IMG/VR virus record: IMGVR_UViG_3300038312_000316
Length of the DNA stretch: 27,756 bases
Origin: a virus
Strand: one strand, 5' to 3'
The translations under genes and the position numbers were made by a program. A model generated the notes under the pieces. The model ran no database searches and was not told the origin of the DNA. It saw only the letters and a program-made list of their open reading frames with translations. Numbering within the stretch: the first letter of the stretch is position 1; the number at the start of each line of letters is the position of its first letter. Shown here piece by piece: positions 8,233 through 15,122 of this stretch.

Positions 8233-8425
8233 GGATCACCGGGCACCCCTCCTCCTCACAACTGGGCGCTGGATCTGCTCAAAATGCCTCCAGCGGATCC
8301 CCGTCGGGGGGGAGTCCTGCCCCCAGTGCGGAGGAAAATCATTCAAGCTCGAGTACAACCCCGCAGCCCTTGCAGAAGCTGACCGGCGCGCAGCCGCCAG
8401 AGGATCACATCATGACATGGGATGA
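8225..8425 (+). CDS. Zn-ribbon protein, ~66 aa
   Basis: WICSKC...SCPQCGG; GTG start chosen within ORF 8174..8425. Confidence 0.65.
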   Translation: MHEDHRAPLLLTTGRWICSKCLQRIPVGGESCPQCGGKSFKLEYNPAALAEADRRAAARGSHHDMG

Positions 8426-8777
8426 ACTCGAAACACTCCGGGACCGGCTCAACACGGTCCTCGAGTACGAGCGCGCCGAGGAGGGGTTCTCCCCCATCGA
8501 GGAGGACTATTATGTCATGTACCGGCAGGCGGCCCGGCGAGCAGTTCTCGACCTTGACCCGAACTACTCCCGCGACCGGGACCGCTACCAAACCCTCCAG
8601 GCAATTTACGATACCGTAGGAGAGATTTACGAGATCAGGAGTGCAAAACTCCGCATGGTCGTTCAGGATCGTGTGGTGTTCAAGCGCGCCGGGGAGCGGC
8701 CTGAGAACCTGACCGAGGAGGAGCGGGTCAGGTACGACATGGCGATCTCCCTCGGGGGGCATGGCAATGCCGCATAA
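8412..8777 (+). CDS. GINS-A-domain-like helical protein
   Basis: YDTVGEIYEIRSAKL...ENLTEEERVRY resembles the archaeal GINS pattern (R..KI...NLT.EE..Y), recognised by eye. Confidence 0.55.
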   Translation: MTWDELETLRDRLNTVLEYERAEEGFSPIEEDYYVMYRQAARRAVLDLDPNYSRDRDRYQTLQAIYDTVGEIYEIRSAKLRMVVQDRVVFKRAGERPENLTEEERVRYDMAISLGGHGNAA

Positions 8778-9027
8778 CATCCTGCAGACCATCGGCTTGC
8801 TCGGAGGCATCGCCGGGGCGGTCCTGGTGGCCGGCCCCACTCCCCGACAGCGGGCCGCCGGGTTCGCCACTTGGATCGCCGGAAATGGTGCCTGGGTTGC
8901 GTTCGCAGCATTGACCGGCTCCCTCTACCTGGGAGCGCAGTTTGGAGTATTCCTTCTGCTCTCCGGGGTCGGGCTGAGGACGAATCTGAATGAACGGAAA
9001 GCAGTATCAAAGTTGGTAGAAAAATGA
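8761..9027 (+). CDS. Small 3-TM membrane protein
   Basis: Hydrophobic; coupled to the next gene (ATGA). Confidence 0.7.
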   Translation: MAMPHNILQTIGLLGGIAGAVLVAGPTPRQRAAGFATWIAGNGAWVAFAALTGSLYLGAQFGVFLLLSGVGLRTNLNERKAVSKLVEK

Positions 9028-9824
9028 TAGTTCAAGCAACGCTCAACAAGGAGCCAAAGATCGCGGTGCTTGCTGCATCCGCGATCCAACGACTCCGCGA
9101 GCATGAGCCCGAGGAAGGATATTATCTCGCGTTCTCCGGGGGGAAGGATTCGATTGTGATCTACGATCTCGCGGTTCTGGCGGGGGTAAGGTTCGACGCC
9201 CATTATCATCAGACGACCGTAGATCCGCCCGAGGTGCAGCAGTATATCAAGGCACACTATCCGGAGATCTCGTGGGAAAAACCCATAAATTCGATGTTCC
9301 GGCTCATCGTCAAAAACAAGATGCCCCCCCTCCCGACCATCAGATATTGCTGCCGTTCACTGAAGGAGATCGGGGGGAAAGGGCGAGATGTGGTCACAGG
9401 AGTTAGGTGGGCCGAGTCGATCCGCCGCAGGCAACGCGGGATCTATGAGGAGTCTCGGCAGGTTCCGGGCAAATGGTTCCTGCACCCTATCATCGACTGG
9501 ACGGATCAGGATGTTTGGGATTATATTCGGTTCCGCAATCTCCCGTATTGCTCGCTTTACGATGAGGGGAAGACCCGGATCGGCTGTATTATGTGCCCGA
9601 TGCAGGGAACGAAGGGGATGCTCATTGATGCCGAGAGATATCCCAAGTTCTACAAAGCATATCTGAAGGCGTTTGATAAAATGCTCACTGCGTTGTGGGC
9701 AGAGGGTAAGGGATATAATGATTGCTCTACCCCGGAAGAAGTCATGCACTGGTGGATCTACAACACGGAACCTGACCGCGAGACAGTACAATCAGTCTTG
9801 GTAGAAAACAGGGAGGAGGAATGA
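9024..9824 (+). CDS. Phosphoadenosine-phosphosulfate (PAPS) reductase family protein
   Basis: PP-loop AFSGGKDS, RYCC, TGVRWAES, HPIIDWT..DVW.YI, LYDEG..RIGCIMCP. Confidence 0.9.
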   Translation: MIVQATLNKEPKIAVLAASAIQRLREHEPEEGYYLAFSGGKDSIVIYDLAVLAGVRFDAHYHQTTVDPPEVQQYIKAHYPEISWEKPINSMFRLIVKNKMPPLPTIRYCCRSLKEIGGKGRDVVTGVRWAESIRRRQRGIYEESRQVPGKWFLHPIIDWTDQDVWDYIRFRNLPYCSLYDEGKTRIGCIMCPMQGTKGMLIDAERYPKFYKAYLKAFDKMLTALWAEGKGYNDCSTPEEVMHWWIYNTEPDRETVQSVLVENREEE

Positions 9825-10081
9825 AAGGAATGGAAGCCGAAGTCACGCACATAACAAAGGGCATCACCGGAGAATGGCGCGATATCGGAGCACTCATGGA
9901 TCAGTGGATTCAGGAGTGCCCCTACAACTGTGCTTGTGTTAAGGGCGGCGAGTGTGAGCATGAGCGATATCAGTATGGTTACTGGCCGGTATGCCGCCAT
10001 CCGCGATACCTAGAGATTTTCGCGGGCATTCCGAGCATGTGCTGTAGCGAGGATGAGTTAGAGGGCATGGTAGAGGAGTGA
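9821..10081 (+). CDS. Hypothetical Cys-containing protein, 86 aa
   Basis: GGAGG RBS; ATGA coupling. Confidence 0.7.
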   Translation: MKGMEAEVTHITKGITGEWRDIGALMDQWIQECPYNCACVKGGECEHERYQYGYWPVCRHPRYLEIFAGIPSMCCSEDELEGMVEE

Positions 10082-10087
10082 AGGACG

Positions 10088-10438
10088 ATGGACGACGAGA
10101 GATATGAGATCATCAAGGCGGGCGCGCCCGATGCCCCGCCGGAGCAGGCCCTGTATCGCATCCAGCAGACCTACCCGGATGGATCCGGGGGGCGGCTCAA
10201 CATAGATTGGAAGGGGCTGCTTCGGCTGCATGAGCTGATCCACGACAGGATCGCGCTGGAGGGGTGCGTCTGTGAAACGTGTAGCACCAGAGGATGCCAC
10301 CGTCCGGCGACCTGGGAAATCGAGTGCCGAGGGGTCGGGGTATCCCGCCGTCTCATCTACTCGTGTGACGAACATTGCCCGGATCCGGCGATCCTGTCGC
10401 CGCAGGACGAGATGCGCAGACTGGTAGAGGAGGAGTAG
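10088..10438 (+). CDS. Hypothetical protein with C-terminal Cys/His cluster, 116 aa
   Basis: RBS; CETCSTRGC...CDEHC. Confidence 0.7.
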   Translation: MDDERYEIIKAGAPDAPPEQALYRIQQTYPDGSGGRLNIDWKGLLRLHELIHDRIALEGCVCETCSTRGCHRPATWEIECRGVGVSRRLIYSCDEHCPDPAILSPQDEMRRLVEEE

Positions 10439-10618
10439 ATGCACACCAGGCGACGGTATAAACCCCGTGATCCTGTGCGGGCTTTCCACGGGCAAACCAA
10501 TTACGAGAAACGGATGGAGGCATGGTTGATGGGATACATCCAGCACGAGAAGCAGATGGTGAGTGACGAGACCCCCGATGGATACCTCTCTGATGGATCG
10601 AGGGATCCATACTCCTGA
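10439..10618 (+). CDS. Hypothetical protein, 59 aa
   Basis: Hand translation MHTRRRYKPRDPVRAF...; ATG directly follows the previous stop; GGAGG RBS. Confidence 0.55.
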   Translation: MHTRRRYKPRDPVRAFHGQTNYEKRMEAWLMGYIQHEKQMVSDETPDGYLSDGSRDPYS

Positions 10619-10654
10619 ACTATCATTCCTCCTGGTAGAAAACAGGAAGGAGGA

Positions 10655-10909
10655 ATGAAGGAGATGAGAGAACGGAAGTACAGCGTGATCTGCATCCTCG
10701 AAGGGCAGGTTTCGGCAGGAAGCAAGCAAGAAGCGCGGAGGCTCGTGGAGGACGGTCTTTTCAAATCGTTTGATGAGGAGGCAGCAAAGGACAGCAATCC
10801 CTCTCTATCTCGGATAGAGGTGTGTATCGGAGGACACATTACGACGACTTGCGGCATGAATCTCAACGCATGGGACTTGGTAGAAAACAGGAAGGTGGAT
10901 GATGTTTAA
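10655..10909 (+). CDS. Hypothetical protein, 84 aa
   Basis: GGAGG RBS. Confidence 0.65.
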   Translation: MKEMRERKYSVICILEGQVSAGSKQEARRLVEDGLFKSFDEEAAKDSNPSLSRIEVCIGGHITTTCGMNLNAWDLVENRKVDDV

Positions 10910-11069
10910 GAGATTCCAAAACCGGGACTATGCCACAAAAGAAGGATATCAGGCGAGGTTAACCGGAGCGCCTATTGAAAAAAATCCATACCCAGAAAAT
11001 TCAAAGAATTGGAGGGATTGGAAAGCGGCATGGTACTATGCGGATCACTTGGTGGAGATGCAAAGATGA
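10902..11069 (+). CDS. Rmf/CrpP-like small protein, 55 aa
   Basis: Hand translation ...KEGYQARLTG...KNPYPENSKNWRDWKAAW; the EGY.A...G..NPY...W..(G/A)W pattern. Confidence 0.55.
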   Translation: MFKRFQNRDYATKEGYQARLTGAPIEKNPYPENSKNWRDWKAAWYYADHLVEMQR

Positions 11070-11251
11070 CGACCAGAAAATGTGTATTTTGTGATGGAGA
11101 GGCGTCCTTGGAGGACACTGATATCTCCATCGGGCAGCAGATATTCCTGACTTTCTGCTGTAAGAAGTGCGACCGCTCGTTTTCAGAGATATTCGAGTAT
11201 TCCCGAACCGAGAACGCAGCCGGGGAAGAGGTTGATGACGCGTACTACTGA
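11066..11251 (+). CDS. Zn-ribbon protein, 61 aa
   Basis: KCVFCDG...CKKCD; ATGA coupling. Confidence 0.7.
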   Translation: MTTRKCVFCDGEASLEDTDISIGQQIFLTFCCKKCDRSFSEIFEYSRTENAAGEEVDDAYY

Positions 11252-11498
11252 AAACCCCTGCCCCAACTGCGGCTGCAAGGGGCGCAAGACCCCCCACATC
11301 CGGATCCACACTCGATCGGAGGCAGAAGAGTTCTGTTGGCGAGACCTCATCTGCGGGTCTTGTGGCCTACCGTTCAGGAGTTACCCGTTTACCCGGCCAG
11401 AAGTGAAACACCTATCAGTCTTCCCCCGAGGAATGATAGATCAGCATCTCTCTATCTCAGAAAACCATCTATTCTTTCGGATTTGCGCCACAGAATAG
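11235..11498 (+). CDS. Zn-finger protein, ~87 aa
   Basis: CPNCG...ICGSCG. Confidence 0.6.
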   Translation: MTRTTENPCPNCGCKGRKTPHIRIHTRSEAEEFCWRDLICGSCGLPFRSYPFTRPEVKHLSVFPRGMIDQHLSISENHLFFRICATE

Positions 11499-11575
11499 CC
11501 CTGATTTGTATAGCGACATCTGGTTTATGATCGCAGTACAAACGGATAGTATCAGTTTCGCAAAAAAGTGATAGG

Positions 11576-11794
11576 TTATTTGGTGTTCTTCCGCGCCTCC
11601 CTTGCAGCCCGCATGCTCCGACGAAACACAGGATACTCACCCCCGGTCACCGGGTTGCGGATCGTCCCGGCCTTGAGATGATAATATCCGTTCTCCACCC
11701 GCTCCCGGATCCGGGCGATGTGGAGGAGGAGGTTAGTGTCTGTTGTCATCCCCTCCAACCGTGCGAGGTCTCGAGCTAACTCGTGTTGGTCCAT
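11576..11794 (-). CDS. Hypothetical protein, 72 aa
   Basis: ATG with GAGG RBS; downstream of the recombinase. Confidence 0.6.
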   Translation of the reverse strand: MDQHELARDLARLEGMTTDTNLLLHIARIRERVENGYYHLKAGTIRNPVTGGEYPVFRRSMRAAREARKNTK

Positions 11795-11828
11795 TCCTCA
11801 CCGTCCCATATCTTACAAGTTTTCAGGC

Positions 11829-11849
11829 TGTCCTAAACAATTTAGGACA
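11829..11849. repeat. Perfect inverted repeat TGTCCTAAA-CAA-TTTAGGACA; candidate resolvase-binding site
   Basis: 9-bp arms with a 3-nt spacer, overlapping the recombinase stop codon. Confidence 0.6.
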
Positions 11850-12423
11850 CTCTCTCTTTCTTCCTTCGATAGAAGGTGGAGAGCTGATATCCGCACACGA
11901 TCGCGGCGGCTCGCTCCGATAGCCCCTTCTTCTTCCACTTCTCGATCTGCTCCCAATCGACCTCAACCCGCTTCCGGCCGATCTGCTTCCCCTGTGCCCG
12001 GGCCCGGTCGAGCCCTGCTTTAGTATCTTCCTGGATCTTCTTCCGCTGCAGGTCGGCGCCGAGAGTTACAGCCGAGGTGAGTAGGGGTTGTAACTCGGGT
12101 TGAGCATGGAGGACGAACTCGTCTAGCTTGTTGAGCGAGACTACCTTGATACCGGCATCCTGCAATCGCCATATCTCTTGTAGGGTTCCCTTCGCATCCC
12201 GGCCGAGGCGGGACAGGTCGGTGACATACAGCTCCTGCACCTCTCCGGTATCGAGGAGTGCCCGCATCTGTTTGTACCCGGGCCTCTGGTCCGGGTCCTT
12301 TGCACCGCTCACCCCCTGGTCGCGGAAGATCAGGTGTTCGGGGATCCCCGCCTCCCGGAGCTGCTTGAGTTGCCGGCTCATATCCTGGCTGTCTTGAGAG
12401 GTCCGGGCGTATGCTATTTTCAT
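11842..12423 (-). CDS. Small serine recombinase (resolvase/invertase family) with C-terminal HTH
   Basis: IAYARTS (catalytic Ser), Q...Q, D.GVSG...RPG, VTDLSRLGRD, I.E.T.AGL..ARAQGK.IGR. Confidence 0.95.
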   Translation of the reverse strand: MKIAYARTSQDSQDMSRQLKQLREAGIPEHLIFRDQGVSGAKDPDQRPGYKQMRALLDTGEVQELYVTDLSRLGRDAKGTLQEIWRLQDAGIKVVSLNKLDEFVLHAQPELQPLLTSAVTLGADLQRKKIQEDTKAGLDRARAQGKQIGRKRVEVDWEQIEKWKKKGLSERAAAIVCGYQLSTFYRRKKERVS

Positions 12424-12517
12424 GCTGCTATCAATCACTCCCTTTGATAATGTATATATGGTATCAGAACATATATGCCTTTTGACACTTTGGAAATGGT
12501 CGTTTGATGGAGTAAAA

Positions 12518-12733
12518 ATGAAGCATAATCAAAATCTCGTCGTACTGGCCCTCGTCGCCGGGGCCCTGGTGGGGGCGGTGCAGACCGTCACCGGCAACCC
12601 CTCCGCAGCCCTCACCGGCCGGCTGGCGGGGGAGTTCCTCGGGGCGGCTGTGATCTATGGGGTGGTGTTCTGGGTCCTCCTGCAGGTGATTTATAGATCC
12701 TCATGGGCCGGGGCGCCAGAGCAAAAAAGATAA
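12518..12733 (+). CDS. Small 2-TM membrane protein, 71 aa
   Basis: ATG at 12518; hydrophobic; AT-rich promoter-like region at 12440-12480. Confidence 0.65.
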   Translation: MKHNQNLVVLALVAGALVGAVQTVTGNPSAALTGRLAGEFLGAAVIYGVVFWVLLQVIYRSSWAGAPEQKR

Positions 12734-12949
12734 TCACCGCCCCTCACGTTTATATCGCTCCCTTCTCTCCTGCTTGATCCGCTCCCGATACTCCGGGTCG
12801 GTCGCATACCGCTCCTTCGCCCGTGCATCGACGCACTCCGCACACCAGGACATCCGCCCTTGCTTCCAATATGCTCTCGGCCGGAACGCGGACAGGGGGA
12901 GGGTCCGCCCGCATTGGGTGCAGGTCTTCACCTCCTCCTCATCAGTCAA
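12734..12949 (-). CDS. Zn-finger protein resembling the N-terminal module of viral HNH proteins, 71 aa
   Basis: KTCTQCGRTLPLSAF...G..SWCAEC followed by a charged helix. Confidence 0.75.
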   Translation of the reverse strand: MTDEEEVKTCTQCGRTLPLSAFRPRAYWKQGRMSWCAECVDARAKERYATDPEYRERIKQERRERYKREGR

Positions 12950-13703
12950 GAGCTGCCCCCCGTAGCTCTCCGTGCGAAACCTCGCACTTATCGATATACA
13001 CCGTGATATGGCAGGCCGGACAGGTCGTCCGGTGCTGTGACCCCCCGCGATACAACCACGAGTGACCGCACTTGTGACACCGCAGCGGGATCCCCTTCAT
13101 CCGGCGGGCGTGCTCCTCACAGTACGCCCGCACCTCCTCGATACTCTCCACCTCGTCGGCCCCCTCCCCCACGAGGGCCTGCCCGTGCTTGTCCACGGCC
13201 CACACCGGGTAAGCAGTATCGACCCCCTCCGGGATTGGGGCGGAGGGGAGCGCGTCCATCCGTATGTAGTCCTCCGCTTTCCGGTCGGCCCGGTCGGCGA
13301 TCTCGTCCAGTTTCGTGAGCATCTCCACCAACCGGGACACATCCTCCGTATCCCAGGCTCGGATCTCCCGCGCGATGATCCGGGCGGCCCGGTCGAGGAC
13401 CTCGAGGTACGCGGCCCGGTCGATCCCCTCCAGAGTATAGAGGGCCTCGTCGTAGTCCTCCTCGAACCAGATAGGCGGGTCGTCCTCGATCGCCACGGCC
13501 CGCTCCCCGAACGTACTATCTGCAAACTCTCGGAGCGGGTAGAGAAATATAGCCAAAACCAGATCCTTACGATCGCTCTCTGTGAGCGCATCAAGGACCC
13601 CTATTCTAAACTCATCCAGCGCGAGGTACTCCCGCGCTTCGTCGTAGTCGAGCCGGACGCAGACCGCCGGCTCACCGTTCCAGGTGGTAGTTTCAGATCT
13701 CAT
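12942..13703 (-). CDS. Acidic 253-aa protein with C-terminal Zn ribbon, translationally coupled to the RAMP-like gene
   Basis: ATGA overlap at 13700-13703; LRCHKCGHSW...TTCPAC. Confidence 0.8.
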   Translation of the reverse strand: MRSETTTWNGEPAVCVRLDYDEAREYLALDEFRIGVLDALTESDRKDLVLAIFLYPLREFADSTFGERAVAIEDDPPIWFEEDYDEALYTLEGIDRAAYLEVLDRAARIIAREIRAWDTEDVSRLVEMLTKLDEIADRADRKAEDYIRMDALPSAPIPEGVDTAYPVWAVDKHGQALVGEGADEVESIEEVRAYCEEHARRMKGIPLRCHKCGHSWLYRGGSQHRTTCPACHITVYIDKCEVSHGELRGAALD

Positions 13704-14239
13704 TCCTGCCGCTCCCATGCCGTCACCATAAACCGCCCAAACGGCCCTTTCCGCTCGGGCCTGAAGTCCAGCAGCCCAACCCGGGCGCCGGCATCATCAA
13801 CCACCGTCCGAAGTTGCTGCTCTGTGAGCAAGTCGGGGTCGTAGTCCAGGGAAAACATCGTCTCCCAGGCATCTATCCGGGGCCGGACCCGCACGATCCG
13901 CCCCTTTGTCGCCGGGACCACAACGGCCCGGGCGTCGATCTTATAGGTCGTCGTGCCAAGACTGCATTGATCCGGGTCCACGAAGACGCAGGCCGCCACA
14001 GGCTTCTGGAGGGTGGCGCGCCCCTTGCCCTTAGAATACGTCGCCGCAGCGATCAGGGCCCGCTGAATCGCAACGCCCGGGATATAGAGTTCTTGCGTCT
14101 CTCCGTCCCGATAGGCCGCAATCTCGGCCTGCTCTTCCCTACTCTTCTTCTCGATTGCCTGTATGGGTTCCAGGGGGAACCGATGCATCAACAGGGGCGA
14201 AATGCCTCGTATTTTAACGTTTACGCGATTGTTTGCCAT
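13700..14239 (-). CDS. RAMP/Cas7-like RRM-fold protein; Vipr-like RNA-guided DNA-binding protein, 179 aa
   Basis: First strand VKIRGISPLLMH, then LYIPG.AIQRAL..AA, GRIVRVRP..W...F, and a C-terminal Gly-rich loop AG.RVGLLDFRPERKGPFGRF. GAGGT RBS. Immediately downstream of the GGY-NN tract. No other cas genes are present. Confidence 0.8.
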   Translation of the reverse strand: MANNRVNVKIRGISPLLMHRFPLEPIQAIEKKSREEQAEIAAYRDGETQELYIPGVAIQRALIAAATYSKGKGRATLQKPVAACVFVDPDQCSLGTTTYKIDARAVVVPATKGRIVRVRPRIDAWETMFSLDYDPDLLTEQQLRTVVDDAGARVGLLDFRPERKGPFGRFMVTAWERQE

Positions 14240-14293
14240 TGTTTTTACCTCGCCTTAATAGTGCCTCTCTCTCGCGAGATCATCAGCAGATTA

Positions 14294-14413
14294 CCGGGCA
14301 CAGGTTCGACCCCGCACCCGGCTCACCGTGCCTTGCCCTACCGTGCCAAACCCCGCCTGACCCTACCAAACCATGCCGGACCCGGCCCCCAATCCCTCGC
14401 CCGGTTTCCCGGG
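14294..14413 (-). ncRNA. Candidate guide RNA (vrRNA-like): GAAA-tetraloop hairpin, 13x GGY-NN tract, 3' hairpin
   Basis: Minus strand 14389-14325 reads GG GGC CG GGT CC GGC AT GGT TT GGT AG GGT CA GGC GG GGT TT GGC AC GGT AG GGC AA GGC AC GGT. 5' hairpin CCCGG-GAAA-CCGGG at 14413-14400. 3' hairpin CCGGGUGCGGG-GUCGAA-CCUGUGCCCGG at 14321-14294. Confidence 0.8.
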
Positions 14414-14479
14414 GTCATCGGGGTCATCGGGGTCATCGGGGTCATCGGGGTCATCGGGGTCATCGGGGTCATCGGGGTC
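14411..14479. repeat. Tandem repeat (GGGGTCATC)x7 plus a partial unit
   Basis: Directly visible; perfect units. Confidence 0.97.
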
Positions 14480-14538
14480 GGAGTCACGTGCGCAATCCTC
14501 GATCTCCTCGGCCGAGATTCCCTCCCCTGAGGGGGAAT

Positions 14539-14585
14539 GCGGCCCCGGGCCTCGAACCCGGGCGGGGCCTGGTTACCCTCGCCGC
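14539..14585 (-). ncRNA. 47-nt tRNA-like element lacking an anticodon arm, copy 1
   Basis: GCGGC GAGGGTAACCAGGCCCCG CCCGGG TTCGAGG CCCGGG GCCGC; begins right after the stop of 14586..15011. Confidence 0.65.
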
Positions 14586-15011
14586 TTAGTCGATCCACTC
14601 AACCTCAATCACGTCGACAGATCCATCGTCAGACTCGATCTGCACCTCTGCCAGATAGCGGAGCTCCTCCCGCCAAACCGATTCGTAGAGATCTGCGTAC
14701 TCGTCGATCAGATCCTTCTCTTCGGGGGTCAACTCGTCCGGAAATACATCCCGGATCCGCCCCTCGTTGATCCGCTCGTCCCTGGCCTCGTTCCACCACT
14801 GCGTCGTATCGTCTGAGAGCTCGGTCGTAACAAAACGTTCAGGGTCATAGATCTCCGGCCCTATGTAGTACGTTCCGCGCCCGACTGCGCTAACCTTCGC
14901 GCGGCCGTTCGACCAGACAAAAACCCCCATCTCGTCGCCCCCGGTCACGGTAGTCTCATTGTTGTGCAGGATCGCGTCTGCGATCTCCTTCCTAGATAGT
15001 TTGATTCTCAT
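14586..15011 (-). CDS. Acidic hypothetical protein, ~141 aa
   Basis: ATG 15011 (alternative 15026) with GAGG-like RBS. Confidence 0.75.
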   Translation of the reverse strand: MRIKLSRKEIADAILHNNETTVTGGDEMGVFVWSNGRAKVSAVGRGTYYIGPEIYDPERFVTTELSDDTTQWWNEARDERINEGRIRDVFPDELTPEEKDLIDEYADLYESVWREELRYLAEVQIESDDGSVDVIEVEWID

Positions 15012-15075
15012 TCTCGTTCGCCTCATTTTGTTCTGGTTTTGCCCTCTCGGGCGATTCCTAACGGATTTTCTGAAA

Positions 15076-15122
15076 GCGGTCCCGGGCTTCGAACCCGGGC
15101 GGGGCCTGGCTACCCTCACCGC
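15076..15122 (-). ncRNA. 47-nt tRNA-like element lacking an anticodon arm, copy 2
   Basis: GCGGT GAGGGTAGCCAGGCCCCG CCCGGG TTCGAAG CCCGGG ACCGC; 43/47 identical to copy 1; begins right after the stop of 15123..15548. Confidence 0.65.

Noticed and set aside
14325-14479. CRISPR array beside the Cas7-like gene
   Set aside because: There is no 25-45 bp repeat/spacer structure anywhere; the periodicities are 5 nt and 9 nt.
14338-14598. 86-aa ORF with TPM repeats, and the plus-strand GVI/GSS/GHR repeat ORFs
   Set aside because: They are open only because the 9-mer has no stops. They have no RBS and overlap structured RNA elements.
14539-15122. True tRNA genes or an attP site
   Set aside because: The elements are 47 nt with no anticodon arm and no CCA, and no tyrosine integrase is present. 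They are kept as tRNA-like elements only.
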